Below are positions 1 through 11,427 of a DNA stretch of 44,932 bases, in pieces. The notes under the pieces are model-generated. The model was not told the DNA's origin. It saw only the letters and a list, made by a program, of their open reading frames with translations, and did no database searches. Position numbers and translations under genes: made by a program. Positions within the stretch are counted from its first letter, which is position 1. Every line of letters starts with the position of its first letter. The stretch is from Nemertoderma westbladi (lineage: Eukaryota > Animalia > Xenacoelomorpha). Location of the stretch: positions 1 to 44,932 of the forward strand of contig JAUCBJ010007638.1 of NCBI GenBank assembly GCA_032718475.1, given 5' to 3'.

Positions 1-284
1 ATATTCTAACATTTTAAGTTTATTACTTAAATTTTTATATTCTTATAAAAATAAAATGCGCCCCCGCCCAATCCAATCATTTTAATTATACTAGGTTAAT
101 TTACGGTTGTTGAAATTAAATACGTATTTATTCATACATATGAATATTTTCAAATATAGCACAACTTAATTAATATTAATATATAAGGAATATCATTAAA
201 AGGAGGAATCTTATTAAGTTCAATTTCATCAATTAATCAATTTACGGTTGTTGTTATCACGAATAGGCGATTATTAATAATTAT

Positions 285-490
285 CGGAGGTGAAAGTGTG
301 ATCTTCCACAGTAAAGCCTTCCACTATACTTCCCAAGTTGCATTGGTTCCCATTTACCGACCATCCCAGATGAAAGCCCGGGTTGGGCTAGGATGCAGCA
401 TTTAAAGCATAGTGCCCAAATAGTGCTGTCCCCATCTAGGGATCGAACCAGGGCTTCCCGGAAACCGATTGGGCAGCGCCCTTAGACCAA
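285..490 (-). mobile_element. tRNA-derived SINE fragment
   Basis: Minus strand has an A-box-like TGGTCTAAGG and B-box GGTTCGATCCC (plus GGGATCGAACC 439-449), then a body TTCATCTGGGATGGTCGGTAAATGGGAACC resembling conserved SINE central domains. No complete cloverleaf. Ends approximate. Confidence 0.55.
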
Positions 491-1010
491 AAGATAAACT
501 TCACAAATAGACATAGCACCATATAATTTAAAAACAACTCACAAGTAATCTTATAAAATGCTACGGATTAATAAGCCATGTAAATAGCTCAGTTACCGGG
601 GTGCTATATTTATTACTTTACAGTATGTTTATGCTCATTACTGTACATGCACCGCCTATCTGCATCAGCCTATATTAGTAGCCTATATCAGCCTATCTCA
701 GTATCTGGGTTGCGGAACTAATAAATAATAATACTGTAGTACCAGTCCACATTCCACAGCATAGTACATTAGAACTAGTTGCAATTGTAAAGATGGCATG
801 GCAATCCTCTACTGAAATAATAATTAGTGATCATGTAAAAGTGGTAATGTAATGATTAGGCCTAATGAAGTTAATTCCGTGAGTGCCGTGTTAGCTGCAT
901 TTTGTACGGTATATAGTTGTTCTTGGTTTAGCGACATGCACCTTCACTCTACACTCTACAGCTCTATGTAGACATTAAACAGGTAGAACGGTAGAAGTTC
1001 AGAAGTTATC

Positions 1011-2027
1011 ATGAATTCCCCACCGACAATTGGTAAAACTTATAAAAGTCCAATCCGTATAGCCCCTAAATACGGCGATTACATTCCCAATTCAGTTCTA
1101 TTAGTTAAACTGCAGGACTTCAACACTTACAATAAGGCGAACGGCATTCCGGAATTCCGACTGATAGAAACTCATCCGGACAACGACCCAGAGAATCCGG
1201 GATGCGTCATAGGCGGCCAACTCTCCATCTACTGGGGAGTCCGCAACCCCATCCAACTAGCCATGTACGACGACGACATATGCGAGGCCTGTTCCGAAAA
1301 GACGTCAGCCGCCGCCGGCGGCGCAGGGCCGCCTCGCGAAACACCGAAACCTCAGAAATCCCACGACGTGCGCCGCGCGCGGAGCGTATTGAAACCGCGT
1401 CCCGCCAGCGTTATGATCGCGCCTAGCCCGAAGGCCCTGACGAACAATCAACTAACCTACGTACTTTCCGATAAACCGCACCAATTCGTGAAAGGCTCTT
1501 CGCTAAAACGCTCTTTAAGTTTCCGGGAGAGCATCGCCATAGAAGGCGACGAGAAACACTGTTGTAACATATCCGTAATAAACGGACACGCCTTCGATAT
1601 CGGAACCTCTATATTCACCCCGGAGCACGGATCCCGAACTATAGTCTACGTAACGAGCCGCATGAAAACCACAGAAGTTTTAGTGAAATTGTTACAGAAA
1701 TTCAAGATTTTAAATAATCCCAATGAATTCACACTGAATAAAGTCATGTCTAACGGGGAGGTTTTGTGTCTGAAGAAGGACGACAAGCCGCTTATACAAC
1801 GGTTGTTGATGGGCCCCGCTGAGGAAATCGCAAAGATTTATATTTCCGAAAGGAGTTTAGTTAAAGAAGTTAATTTCGCAGCGGCGCAATATATTAATCT
1901 AAAGTTGCCGATACTAGAAGGGATTGTGCGTAAATACGAAGAGGAAGAGGAGAAAGCGATAATGGCGATTCGTAAACGGTACGAGAGTTACAGAAAGAAT
2001 TTAGAGGATCGCCTCAAAAATGAATAA
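1011..2027 (+). CDS. RASSF2: Ras association domain family protein, RASSF2/4/6-like (RA domain + C-terminal SARAH coiled coil), single-exon ORF
   Basis: 338-aa ORF. INGHAFDIGTSIFTPEHGS...EVLVKLLQKFKI...PLIQRLLMGPAEEIAKIYI matches the RASSF2/4 RA domain as I recall it (INGHFYNHKTSVFTPAYGS...LLNKFKI...PLIARILQGP). AQYINLKLPILEGIVRKYEEEEEK is SARAH. The N-terminal G.LSIYWG..PIQL motif is also family-typical. Exact paralogue not resolvable. Confidence 0.9.
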   Translation: MNSPPTIGKTYKSPIRIAPKYGDYIPNSVLLVKLQDFNTYNKANGIPEFRLIETHPDNDPENPGCVIGGQLSIYWGVRNPIQLAMYDDDICEACSEKTSAAAGGAGPPRETPKPQKSHDVRRARSVLKPRPASVMIAPSPKALTNNQLTYVLSDKPHQFVKGSSLKRSLSFRESIAIEGDEKHCCNISVINGHAFDIGTSIFTPEHGSRTIVYVTSRMKTTEVLVKLLQKFKILNNPNEFTLNKVMSNGEVLCLKKDDKPLIQRLLMGPAEEIAKIYISERSLVKEVNFAAAQYINLKLPILEGIVRKYEEEEEKAIMAIRKRYESYRKNLEDRLKNE

Positions 2028-2209
2028 TTTATTATCTTTAATATGTGTGAATTGATTAAATATTGGAAATTGATGCCAGATGGTGCATGTGGGGTGGGTA
2101 CGTACAATAGAACCGGGCATATATCACACTAGACTACTAGCAGCTAGGCGCACATATTCCCAGTTAAGTTTTGTACCAAATAATTCTGCATGAAAAATTA
2201 CAGACTTAA

Positions 2210-2260
2210 GGGAAAAGAGCAGGTTACAGGGGCAGGATATTCTAACCAAAATACTAAACG
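2210..2260 (+). repeat. Solitary diverged monomer of the 68-bp satellite
   Basis: GGGAAAAGAGCAGGTTACAGGGGCAGGATATTCTAACCAAAATACTAAACG aligns with the conserved core of the array at 33036-33872. Confidence 0.75.
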
Positions 2261-3017
2261 TATGATTATACATTGTGGGTAAGGAACAAGGCTTTTCTCA
2301 CTAAAAGATTATATTAATATATACAACTTGTGTAATTAATAAGATTGTATAGTAAATACTACCGTTATTTCCCACTTTTCCTCTATTTCTGCGATATCCA
2401 ATATCTATTTGTGTAGGTGGATATATTTTTTAATTGAATTGTAAACAATTTTTAATAATAATTTATTTCTACGACACTAATTTATTTTTCATTTATTCGC
2501 ATCGCTATTATGTAATTAATCGTGCTATTCTTATTTATTTTGTAAGTTTGACTGGAATATTAATGAGTTTTGTTATTTATTTTAATTAATGCGAAATATC
2601 TGTCGGATTTGTTTTAATTAAACATTTTGTAATTAATGGTTAAATTAATGGGGAAGATTTCTGGGGGAGGGGGGGGGGGGGGGGTCTGTTAGATTATGTG
2701 GTTTAGAGTTAAGTTTATTAATGATAATATTTATAAATTACATCCATTTTATACCAAAAATGTCATTATTACTTAACAGCGAGTTGTTATTTTGCACTTT
2801 ATAGCATTATATTACTCATAACATCACAATACGTAGGTATATACAACAGCGACGCAATGTATACTTTACAGCTCTCGACGTGGTCTTTACATTTTATGTG
2901 GTCCTGAGAAAAATACGTTTGTTTATGTTTTGCGCGGTGCCCGTAAATAAATTTAAATGCGATCTTGTACAACAACATCTCGCTGGAGGGGAGAAATTTA
3001 TTTATATTATACGACTA

Positions 3018-3350
3018 GGCCCACCTTGGTGTTGTGGTTGCATTGAATTAACATCTCTAGCAGGTCGCGTGTTCAAACCCCGCGTGTGGGCCAATGCAGT
3101 TTTGAAGGCAACTATATGCAACTAAAAACTGTCTGTTCAATAGAAGTGGAATAATTTGAAAGATGAGTTGTCTAGGTGGCTGAACCTAATAGCGCTACTG
3201 AAGAGCCCTGATAGGCTGAAACATACGTATAGCGCTGGTTCAACCCCCGGTGACGCGCTTTCTCATTCTTTCCATTTCTGAACAACTTAATACTATGAAT
3301 GAAGGGTCTAGCCAGGGCGCATTACTAATAGACTCCCGCTAGAGGGCTAC
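3018..3350 (+). mobile_element. tRNA-derived SINE interrupted by a 191-bp insert (3109-3299)
   Basis: Head CCACCTTGGTGTTGTGGTTGCATTGAATT...GTTCAAACCCC...GGGCCAATGCAGTTTT is shared with the copies at 7500-7685, 11428 and 12930-13200. The body resumes at about 3300 (GGGTCTAGCCAGGGCGCATT). The insert is bounded by TGAAGG at 3103-3108 and 3300-3305. Confidence 0.65.
3191..3236 (+). ncRNA. Minimal type I hammerhead ribozyme (Penelope/retrozyme-like)
   Basis: AGCGCTA-CTGAAGA-GCCCTGATAGGCT-GAAAC-ATAC-GTA-TAGCGCT: perfect 7-bp stem I, CUGANGA and GAAA core, minimal stem III, GUA triplet (predicted cut after 3229). Stem II is imperfect. Confidence 0.7.
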
Positions 3351-3678
3351 ATATTAATGTCTCCCCATTTATTTGTTTTTATTCCGTTTAAACTAAAACT
3401 TACTAGACTAATTAACTGTATCTTCGTATATCGTATGAAACCTAATTAGTCTGCAGTTCTCGAGTGGGCCGCATGATTCTTTCTTCATTTGAGTTGACAC
3501 ACGACCTACTACAGTATAAATATATAGTATCAATACCGTAGTTGGTCATGGTTGACACTTAAAATGAATTTATCTCACGTTCTGAGCGAATGCGTCACTT
3601 GTGTATTATAATGTAGAACTTGTGCGGCGGATAGGTAACAACATTTACCTCTGCTCGTTACCCGGAAAGGTAGACCTA

Positions 3679-4224
3679 CTACTACTACTACTAGGTCGAG
3701 CGAACTCGGACAGTGGAAATGAGATCCCTCCAGGCTTCCCGATTCTCCATAGTTGTCGCAATTTCGTTTCTCCCAAGTTCAGTATCCCTTTCAAGTTGAT
3801 CTATATATGTTATGGCAGGTCGTCCACGACTACGCTTTCCATGAGTTGGTTGCCAGAGAAGTAGATCTGGTATGGCCTCGCCTTTACTTCGCCAGCAGTG
3901 CCCACTGAATGGGTGGTATTGTACCATAAAGCTCGGCGTTTGTCATGTGTTGTCTCCAGCTGATGTTTAGGGCTACCCTTAGTAGTCTTGTGTAGCAACC
4001 ATCAATTCGTTGTTCAAGTGATTTAGTCAGTGTCCAGGTCTCACCCGCGTATAAAAATACACTTTCCACTGTGGCTCGAAAGAACTTAGTCTTCAGGTGC
4101 CTGGATAGATCTGATTTCCAGATGGTATCCATTTTTGATAGAGCTACCCAAGCCTTTGCTTTCCTAACTTCTATGTCCTTTTTACTACTCTCTATCCATG
4201 ATCCAAGGTTCTGGAAGGTAAGGT
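3679..4224 (-). mobile_element. 5'-truncated RTE-clade non-LTR retrotransposon (decayed RT C-terminus)
   Basis: Minus-strand translation FQNLGSWIESSKKDIEVRKAKAW...FFRATVESVFLYAGETWTLTK...GRPAITYIDQL...REAWR is a typical RTE C-terminus, with one frame break. (TAG)n 3' tail. TSD AGGTAGACCTA at 3668-3678 and 4225-4235. Confidence 0.85.
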
Positions 4225-6374
4225 AGGTAGACCTATACCCGGTAATTACATTCTCATTTTCAAAATTGTCTGTACAGTACCGTAAGGTTCACGTCTACAT
4301 AACAATAGCTAACCAAGGCCTCTGACATTGTTTCCATTTACGGCCCTTCTTCTGATGACATTACCGAATTTCCGAAATCACGATATGAAATTTCAATTAT
4401 TTATTAGATATTTTCGATACGATAATTTCGATTCGACCGACCCAGGTAAAAAATTTCGATTCGATTATTGTAACTTTGAATATTTACGATATTTGACAGC
4501 ATATATTTATTGTTTTTATCATAATATATACACTATTAATTTATTTATATATATATATATTGACATGTACTGTTGGCTAAGTTATGCCAAAAAGTACTAT
4601 GTCGATTATTCCATCGGGGGGGGGGTAGGTACGCGATACGATTGTACCAGAAGTACAGCAATTATAGACTAGCAACCGAAGTCCGATTGGATTTATATTC
4701 ATCAAGCTGTAATTTATTTAAGTTAAATAAAAGGGACAATATATTTTGTTGCAGTACATGACTAACTTGTTTTCAAAGGAATAAAAAACGAACGGCAAGC
4801 TATTATTTTATTAATTTGAAATATCGTTGATTTTTAACTGCCAATTTATTTTAAAAAAATTTATTAAAATTTTATTTTAACTTTTTTTTAAAGCGGATAT
4901 ACATCTCAAGTCGCTTAACCTCAAAAGTAAGGTGATGTGGAGGTTATGGACAAACTTCCCATAATTGGCACAGGTGAAGATAATTACCATACCTTTCATT
5001 TTTTAAGGGGAACCTGACTTTGCAACATGATTTATCGGTCCCATGTAACCATGACAACAGGAGGTCATTTACAAAAGTCCACTTTTCAATAAAGCTACAG
5101 TCTTCTTGACCTACCCCCATATATCAGCGTCAGAGATTCCTTTGACGTCATTTGTAAAACCCGGTTATCATGGCAACTGTTTCAAAAAGTCTCTAACGCC
5201 GATTTTCAGTAAATATCAGAAAAATATAAAACCATTGATTAATAATTGGTCCCCATTTGGAAAAAATCATCTAACATTATAAATATATTATCCCTGAGAC
5301 CGACTTGATTTCTAGTAGTGGACCAATTTAAGTGGACCTGTGGTTGTCCTGTAACCATGGTCACAAGTCATATATATATTCTGCCAAATTTAATATAGTT
5401 CCGAACTTCTATTAAAAGGTAATTATATTGTGATAATAAATGTTATAATGACACAATAAGCGTAAACCATGTATCTCATGCGAGTTCATTGTTTTGGCTT
5501 AAGAACAGCTGTGGAAATTTATATAATTTACATGATGTAATAAATAAGTAAACTGGTTAAAATTTGTAAGGTACCTCTAAAATCAAAACAAAAAACATTT
5601 TTTAAATATCTAGCTTAAGTTTGGAGCTCTAAGACTTTCTAGGTATTTAAATAATACTATCCGACTAACCCTTAGTGTTGAAAATGTTCACACAGACATT
5701 CCCTGCAAACCACCAACGTTAATCTAACGTTGGGTTTATGTTAGACATTCGTTAAAAAATGACAGTTAGAATTTAACCATAAACCTACGTTAATATACGT
5801 TAGAATTCTGTCAATTTTTAATGTTAATTTTTTACAGTAATTATACGTCAAAAATTTACAAATATCGGACAATACCATATTTTTTAACGTTACTTTAACG
5901 TTAATTTTTAACGTTAATTTTTTACTGTAATTATACGTTAAAAATCAACAGAGATCTGACATTTCCAAATTTTTTAACGTTTATTTAACGTTAATTTTTA
6001 ACGTTCATTATTAACGTTAATTTAGCATTAAAATACATCAGATTTTAACGATGATTAGTGAATCACTTAACTGATTCATCAATGGATAACATATCTATGT
6101 CTAGCTGACCTTCCGCTGACTTTGTTCATTTCTTATTTTGTTAAATTTTTATGATACTTGTGTAATTTTTTAAATATTATTTTTAAATATTTGCCTTACT
6201 AGTCAGCATCTGTGTACCAGTACCAAGCGTACAGTATAAAAGTACAGTAAGTAAGCGTACGGTAGAAAAAGGGTGGAAAGAAGGATCTAGACGATGCTAG
6301 TGGGGCTGCAGCCGATAGCGAAGATGAATGAATATTATATATCGATAAAAACTTGGCCCTAATTACGTTACGGA

Positions 6375-6698
6375 TAACTTTATGAAACTGGATGTACGTT
6401 TCGGTTAACTTTATGAAACTGGATGTACGTTTCGGTTAACTTTATGAAACTGGATGTACGTTTCGGTTAACTTTATGAAACTGGATGTACGTTTCGGTTA
6501 ACTTTATGAAACTGGATGTACGTTTCGGTTAACTTTATGAAAGTGGATGTACGTTTCGGTTAACTTTATGAAAGTGGATGTACGTTTCGGTTAACTTTAT
6601 GAAACTGGATGTACGTTTCGGTTAACTTTATGAAAGTGGATGTACGTTTCGGTTAACTTTATGAAACTGGATGTACGTTTCGGTTAACTTTATGAAAC
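6375..6698. repeat. 31-bp minisatellite, about 10.4 copies
   Basis: Unit TAACTTTATGAAA(C/G)TGGATGTACGTTTCGGT starting every 31 bp from 6375 to 6685. The only variant among full copies is C>G in copies 6, 7 and 9. Confidence 0.97.
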
Positions 6699-7004
6699 GG
6701 ATGAGTCCGGTAGCAACCTACGGGTCTCTGAACTATAGATCTAAGCCTCCCATTGATAAATAAAAATTCCACAAATTTCTAATTCCGAATTCCAAAATTT
6801 CCACATTTCTAAAGCCTACTTTATAATGTTATAGAAATTAAATTCAGAATTTCATACAAGAAAAAATCATACATAATTATTGATTTTTTCATTGATCAAT
6901 TACACGAGATTATGAATTTAAGCTTATGGTTTTAACACTTGAATTTGTTCAAAATTACATTTCACTGTATGTAACTGGCAACTTTCGTGACATTTTGTGA
7001 CAGG

Positions 7005-7035
<31 letters not shown>

Positions 7036-7339
7036 CACTTTTGTGACGGTCACGGCGATGCTCTACGGTATCCTTTAATGTTAGATTGACTTTGACTATA
7101 ACATTTGTAGATGAGTGGGAAACTTTAAGGAAAAAACAATAAACTCAATAACATTGAATTTAATCCCTAACATTAACAGGGCACCCCTGTCTAGTCTGCC
7201 TTGTACATGTACATTGTACAGTATTGTAGTTTGAAGCTGCTAAAGTATGTATAGGCTTTTAGTAAGAACTACTTCAGTCAAAATGTTTCACTTTCTATTG
7301 TGCTTTCTAACTGTTATTAAATTACTGAAATAAAATATT

Positions 7340-7492
7340 TTTCGTCAAGGGGGGGGGGGGGGGGGGGGGGGGAGGGGTTATAAATTTACGAAAATAGGTT
7401 TTCTGTAACAGAAGGGGCCCCCCCCGGCGGGGGCAGAAAACCGAGCATCAAAAAAATGGAAAATTTGCGTGACATACTTTATGAACGCCACC
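7340..7492. mobile_element. Probable PIF/Harbinger MITE terminus (one end only)
   Basis: Poly-G tract, then AAAATTTGCGTGACATACTTTATGAACGCCACC followed by TAA. Similar architecture at 14150-14270. Partner TIR not found. Confidence 0.4.
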
Positions 7493-7499
7493 TAATTCC

Positions 7500-7685
7500 A
7501 CCATATTTTTATTCACCAGAGGATACTCAGGACCCATTAAAGGACGCCCTTGAGAAATGCGCCCTAGCTCGTCCCTTTAAAGCGTTCGTCCTGAAACGAA
7601 AACTCTCCCGCCCCTTTGCGGGGATCGAACCCATGACCTCTGGAGAGATGTTAATTAAAGGCAACGGATTAACACTACACAAACT
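7500..7685 (-). mobile_element. tRNA-derived SINE, nested in the CACTA-like element
   Basis: Minus strand GTGTAGTGTT...TTAATTAACATCTCTCCAGAGGTCATGGGTTCGATCCCC...GTTTTCGTTTCAGGACGAACGCTTTAAAGGG; same family as 3018, 11428 and 13200. Ends approximate. Confidence 0.65.
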
Positions 7686-8369
7686 AAAAGGGCGGGAAGA
7701 ACATAAAAAATGTTAGATTTTTGCTTTATCAAATGTGGCGTCGAATGCTGGAAATTGACATTGACATATAGATTATCTATCATTACTAATATCAATATTA
7801 ATCATAACAACACATTTTGATGCTAACAAATACAATAGTATTTGGAATTTCTCTGAATACTATTTTTAATGCAACCACGGCGACAATAAACCGATAGGAT
7901 CATAGATTCGAGCTGAGTTTCAGCAGAGTAAGTGCAATAGAAAAGACCGCAACTACTTAAATTTATGCAAAAAACCGTAAGTCAACAAGACTTGCGGTTT
8001 TTTGTCATCAGAATTTAATGAGGATTTCACATCTGGAAATGGCTTGGCGAGATCTGTTGTATGCATTTTCAATAATTACCAGAAGTAGCTCCGATGAGAG
8101 AAAGCTTTTAATTTAACTGATGTTATTAATTCCATTAGTCATCTGAAGTCAACCCACCCTACCCTAACTGTTTAGTATGAGAATGCCTTCTTAGGTTGTT
8201 TCGAGTTATCACTGTCTACCGGTCTGACCGTCAAGATGTAAATTTAGACAGAGCCAGATAAGATAATAGCAATTGTCTGGAATATGCGATTATTTGACGT
8301 TAATTAACGTTAAGGTAATTAAGCGTTAATTATTATAATTATGTTTTTATCACTGTCAGTTGTTTGTAA

Positions 8370-8528
8370 TTTTTTAACATTAAATACAATATATTTTGAC
8401 GATCCAAACTGATTGTCAGTAATATGTCATTTTTTAACGTTAACCATACAATATATTTTGACGATCCAAACTGATTGACAGTAATATGTCATTTTTTAAC
8501 GTTAAACATACAATATATTTTGACGATC
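8370..8528. repeat. About 61-bp tandem repeat, 2.6 copies (subterminal region of the CACTA-like element)
   Basis: TTTTTAACGTTAA..ATACAATATATTTTGACGATCCAAACTGATTG.CAGTAATATGTCAT starting at about 8371, 8431 and 8493. Confidence 0.85.
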
Positions 8529-10618
8529 AAAATACCTACCGTTTAAAATTAACGTTAATTTGCGTTAATTTTTAACGTTAAAAGGGCGGCCAAACTAACG
8601 TTATTTATATGTATTATTAACGTTAATAATTAACGTTGGCATTGTCAGAAAATAACGTATATTAATGCATTATTAACGTTAAATTGTTTGCAGGGTTCAC
8701 ATGTTTTCTTACAGATCCGTTAACTTTAGATTAATTTATTTTTCTCAAAACTCGATTTTTTGAGTTACATTAGGAGGGCAGAACTGACGAAACATGCACT
8801 AAAAGATTTTTATAAACTAAAATTTAACTTTACTAAATTTTTATAAAATGATCTTATTTTTCGGATTTGTTACCTATAGGCTAATTATTGGCGCTGATTT
8901 CGAAAATGGCAAAATATTTCGAAATTTCCGAACAATGAGATATACAGTAGCTTTGATTTTATACATACTGTATTTTAGGTCAAAATTTAACGTACTTTAT
9001 GAATTCAGTGCTAAAAATTGTATCAACAGAGGGGTTTCTCAAAAATAGTCGAATTACAAATTATGCACCTGCTCTGCACAAAATGTGAATAAAAGTGTGC
9101 AAAAGTTTCGTTTGCTGTAGGCACTTCCTATGACCAATAAATTAACATTTCTGAGCATGTACAAAATCAGAAAGAAACCCATTTTCGAATTTTTTTTTTG
9201 GTTTTATTTAATTTCACCAGTGTTTCATTCCTCTGGAATGAAATCGATAAAGTTAATCATGTGATGTCCCATACTTTACCTAAAATAGTGAAATTTTTAG
9301 TTTATTCAAAGAGATGTAACTCAGCCTAATCACCCAGTGGAATGCAAAGCACGTTTGTGTTGCGTCATCTTATAAAACAATTAGTTTCATCTTCACTCCC
9401 TCAGAAATATCATGGCGGCCAATTTAAAATTGTCCCATACTTTACCATTATAATATATGAAACCTGGAGTTCAGGAGTGTTATAATGCTTTAGGGTGATA
9501 GTAGGGGGAAGCATAGAAGTATGTATTTGAACTAAGAATCATTCCTCAGTTAACTAATCTTTGAGTTTATGCATGTAAAGTCCCGTACTTTACAAAAAAA
9601 AAATTGTTTTTTAGAAGATAAGAAGATCAGTAAGTACAGTAATTGATACATTTTCAGAAATGGAAAGAATTTCTAAACTTTTGACAGACTACATGTGTAC
9701 AAGTTTGGTTATTTTTCATCAATGATTGGCGGACTTATTTAATTCTGAAACTATCGGTACCAACAGACAGACTGTCTGATATGTGACCTTTGATTCCTTA
9801 AACCTCAGATTCTTTCCAAACTTTTGACAGATTGCATACGTACCAAGTTTGGTTTAATTTCATCTATAAATAACTTGAGTTATTAGTGATAAAACATTAG
9901 ATAGATGACAGACAACTCGTCAATGGTACCCATATGCTAAGACTTCGGGTCAATTTGTGGCTCGCCCCATATTTTACATCCACATCTTGGTTGGGAATAC
10001 TTAGTTGCACTTTATTATCACTAATTATCTGGGAATTACTGTTAGACCATGTCGACCATAACATTCGTACAGGTCCCGTACTTTACCTAGCAATATCCCA
10101 TACCTTACCACACAAACCACGCTGTAAAAAATAAGCAATGTAGCAATTCGTCTGATATTTATATTTTTATTTGAGCTTAATAATACAGCTTTATCCTAAA
10201 CATCAACTCAACACCGTAAATGCGCACGATTCGCTAAACTTTAGAATTGAAATCATAAAATAATAAAAACTATTTCGTACGAATCCGTACTTTACCTTAA
10301 TTGGACAAGCTGGTGTTTTCTCAAAAGTGACAAAGTCCCGCCATAATCTTAGCGAAATCAACGCTGATATTCGAAAGTTCAATCCAAGCACAATTTTGTG
10401 CACCTACAGTATGTGCTGTGGATAACATTGTAGGCCCTACAGGCAATCAAAGTTCAAAATTATGTACGAATGTCCCGTACTTTACTTTGGAATGAGCGTG
10501 CAACAAAATAAACAATTTTCAAATTTTGGGTTTCTGAATTTATAAGAATCGACAGAAAATACTATGGAAATATATTTCACTGTTTAGAAGTAACAAATCG
10601 TCGGGACAAATATGTCTA

Positions 10619-11012
10619 CCGTGGGATTAAATGGGTCTATGTTGAATATTTGACAAAATTGAATATATATTGTGTGATTTAAAGCAGGTTAAATGGGTAG
10701 TTCAAAAAAGCTGAATAAATTTGCAAAAATTTGATACAGTACAACTGTAACACTAACTTCAATTTTGTTGCAAGCTTTTATACGCGATGCATAATGTTGT
10801 TATCTCTATGTTATCGTCATTTACCTCAATAAGCTTACAGTAGAAACATAATTATTCGACCCTACTCGACATCCGGCCGCCTCCAAAATTAATATTTACT
10901 GAACCTAACGCGCTACAGTATTTTTAAATTCCTGTCAGTTTGTTTGTATCATGATAGACCCATTTTACCCAACGCCAATAAATTCAGATAGACCCATTTA
11001 ACCCCGTTTTAC
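10619..11012. mobile_element. Degenerate MITE with inverted ends (pogo/Tc1-like?)
   Basis: GGGATTAAATGGGTCTATGTTGAAT (about 10623) is inverted relative to ATTCAGATAGACCCATTTAACCCCG (about 10982-11006), each with a second internal copy. Termini and TSD are eroded. Confidence 0.45.
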
Positions 11013-11427
11013 AAACAGATTGTTTCTCCTCGTTTAAAAGGCTCAGTGATACACGATAGCTTGGAAAATGGGGAACCTCAACAATCTATCTCTTAAAGTC
11101 ACACATCAACCAGAAAAAGAAAATCTCTTTCTTAGCAAAATTGAGCGATTTTTTTATGGCGGAAAAAATCAAATTTTTTCACCAGCTACAGTATAATTTC
11201 CATGAAGTTAACTCCTAATGTTCACGAATTATACTGTAGTTCCGTAAAAAGGAAATTTATAACTTAGAAACAATTAATTTATTGTGGTATCATAAAGTAT
11301 TTTTCCAGTATAATTCCAAAAGATACCAGGCTTAATATTTCAGAAAGTTATTCAAACACTGGTGCGCTGTATTACCCCCAAATTATTCAACGTAAATACA
11401 ATTAGGTCAGTCTGTACCACTAGCTTT

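Larger units (their letters stand above)
5701..8695. mobile_element. Non-autonomous CACTA/EnSpm (CMC)-like DNA transposon, about 3 kb
   Basis: 10-bp TIR CCCTGCAAAC/GTTTGCAGGG, 2-bp TSD TT, and dense subterminal TTAACGTT palindromes at both ends (5715-6020, 8295-8682). No transposase ORF. Confidence 0.75.

Noticed and set aside
2662-2684. Poly-G/C tracts (also 7003, 7348, 14169, 17445) as functional G-quadruplexes
   Set aside because: Most lie within MITE-like sequence, homopolymer lengths are error-prone, and nothing else supports function.
6375-6698. CRISPR array of 31-bp repeats
   Set aside because: Units are directly adjacent with no spacers.
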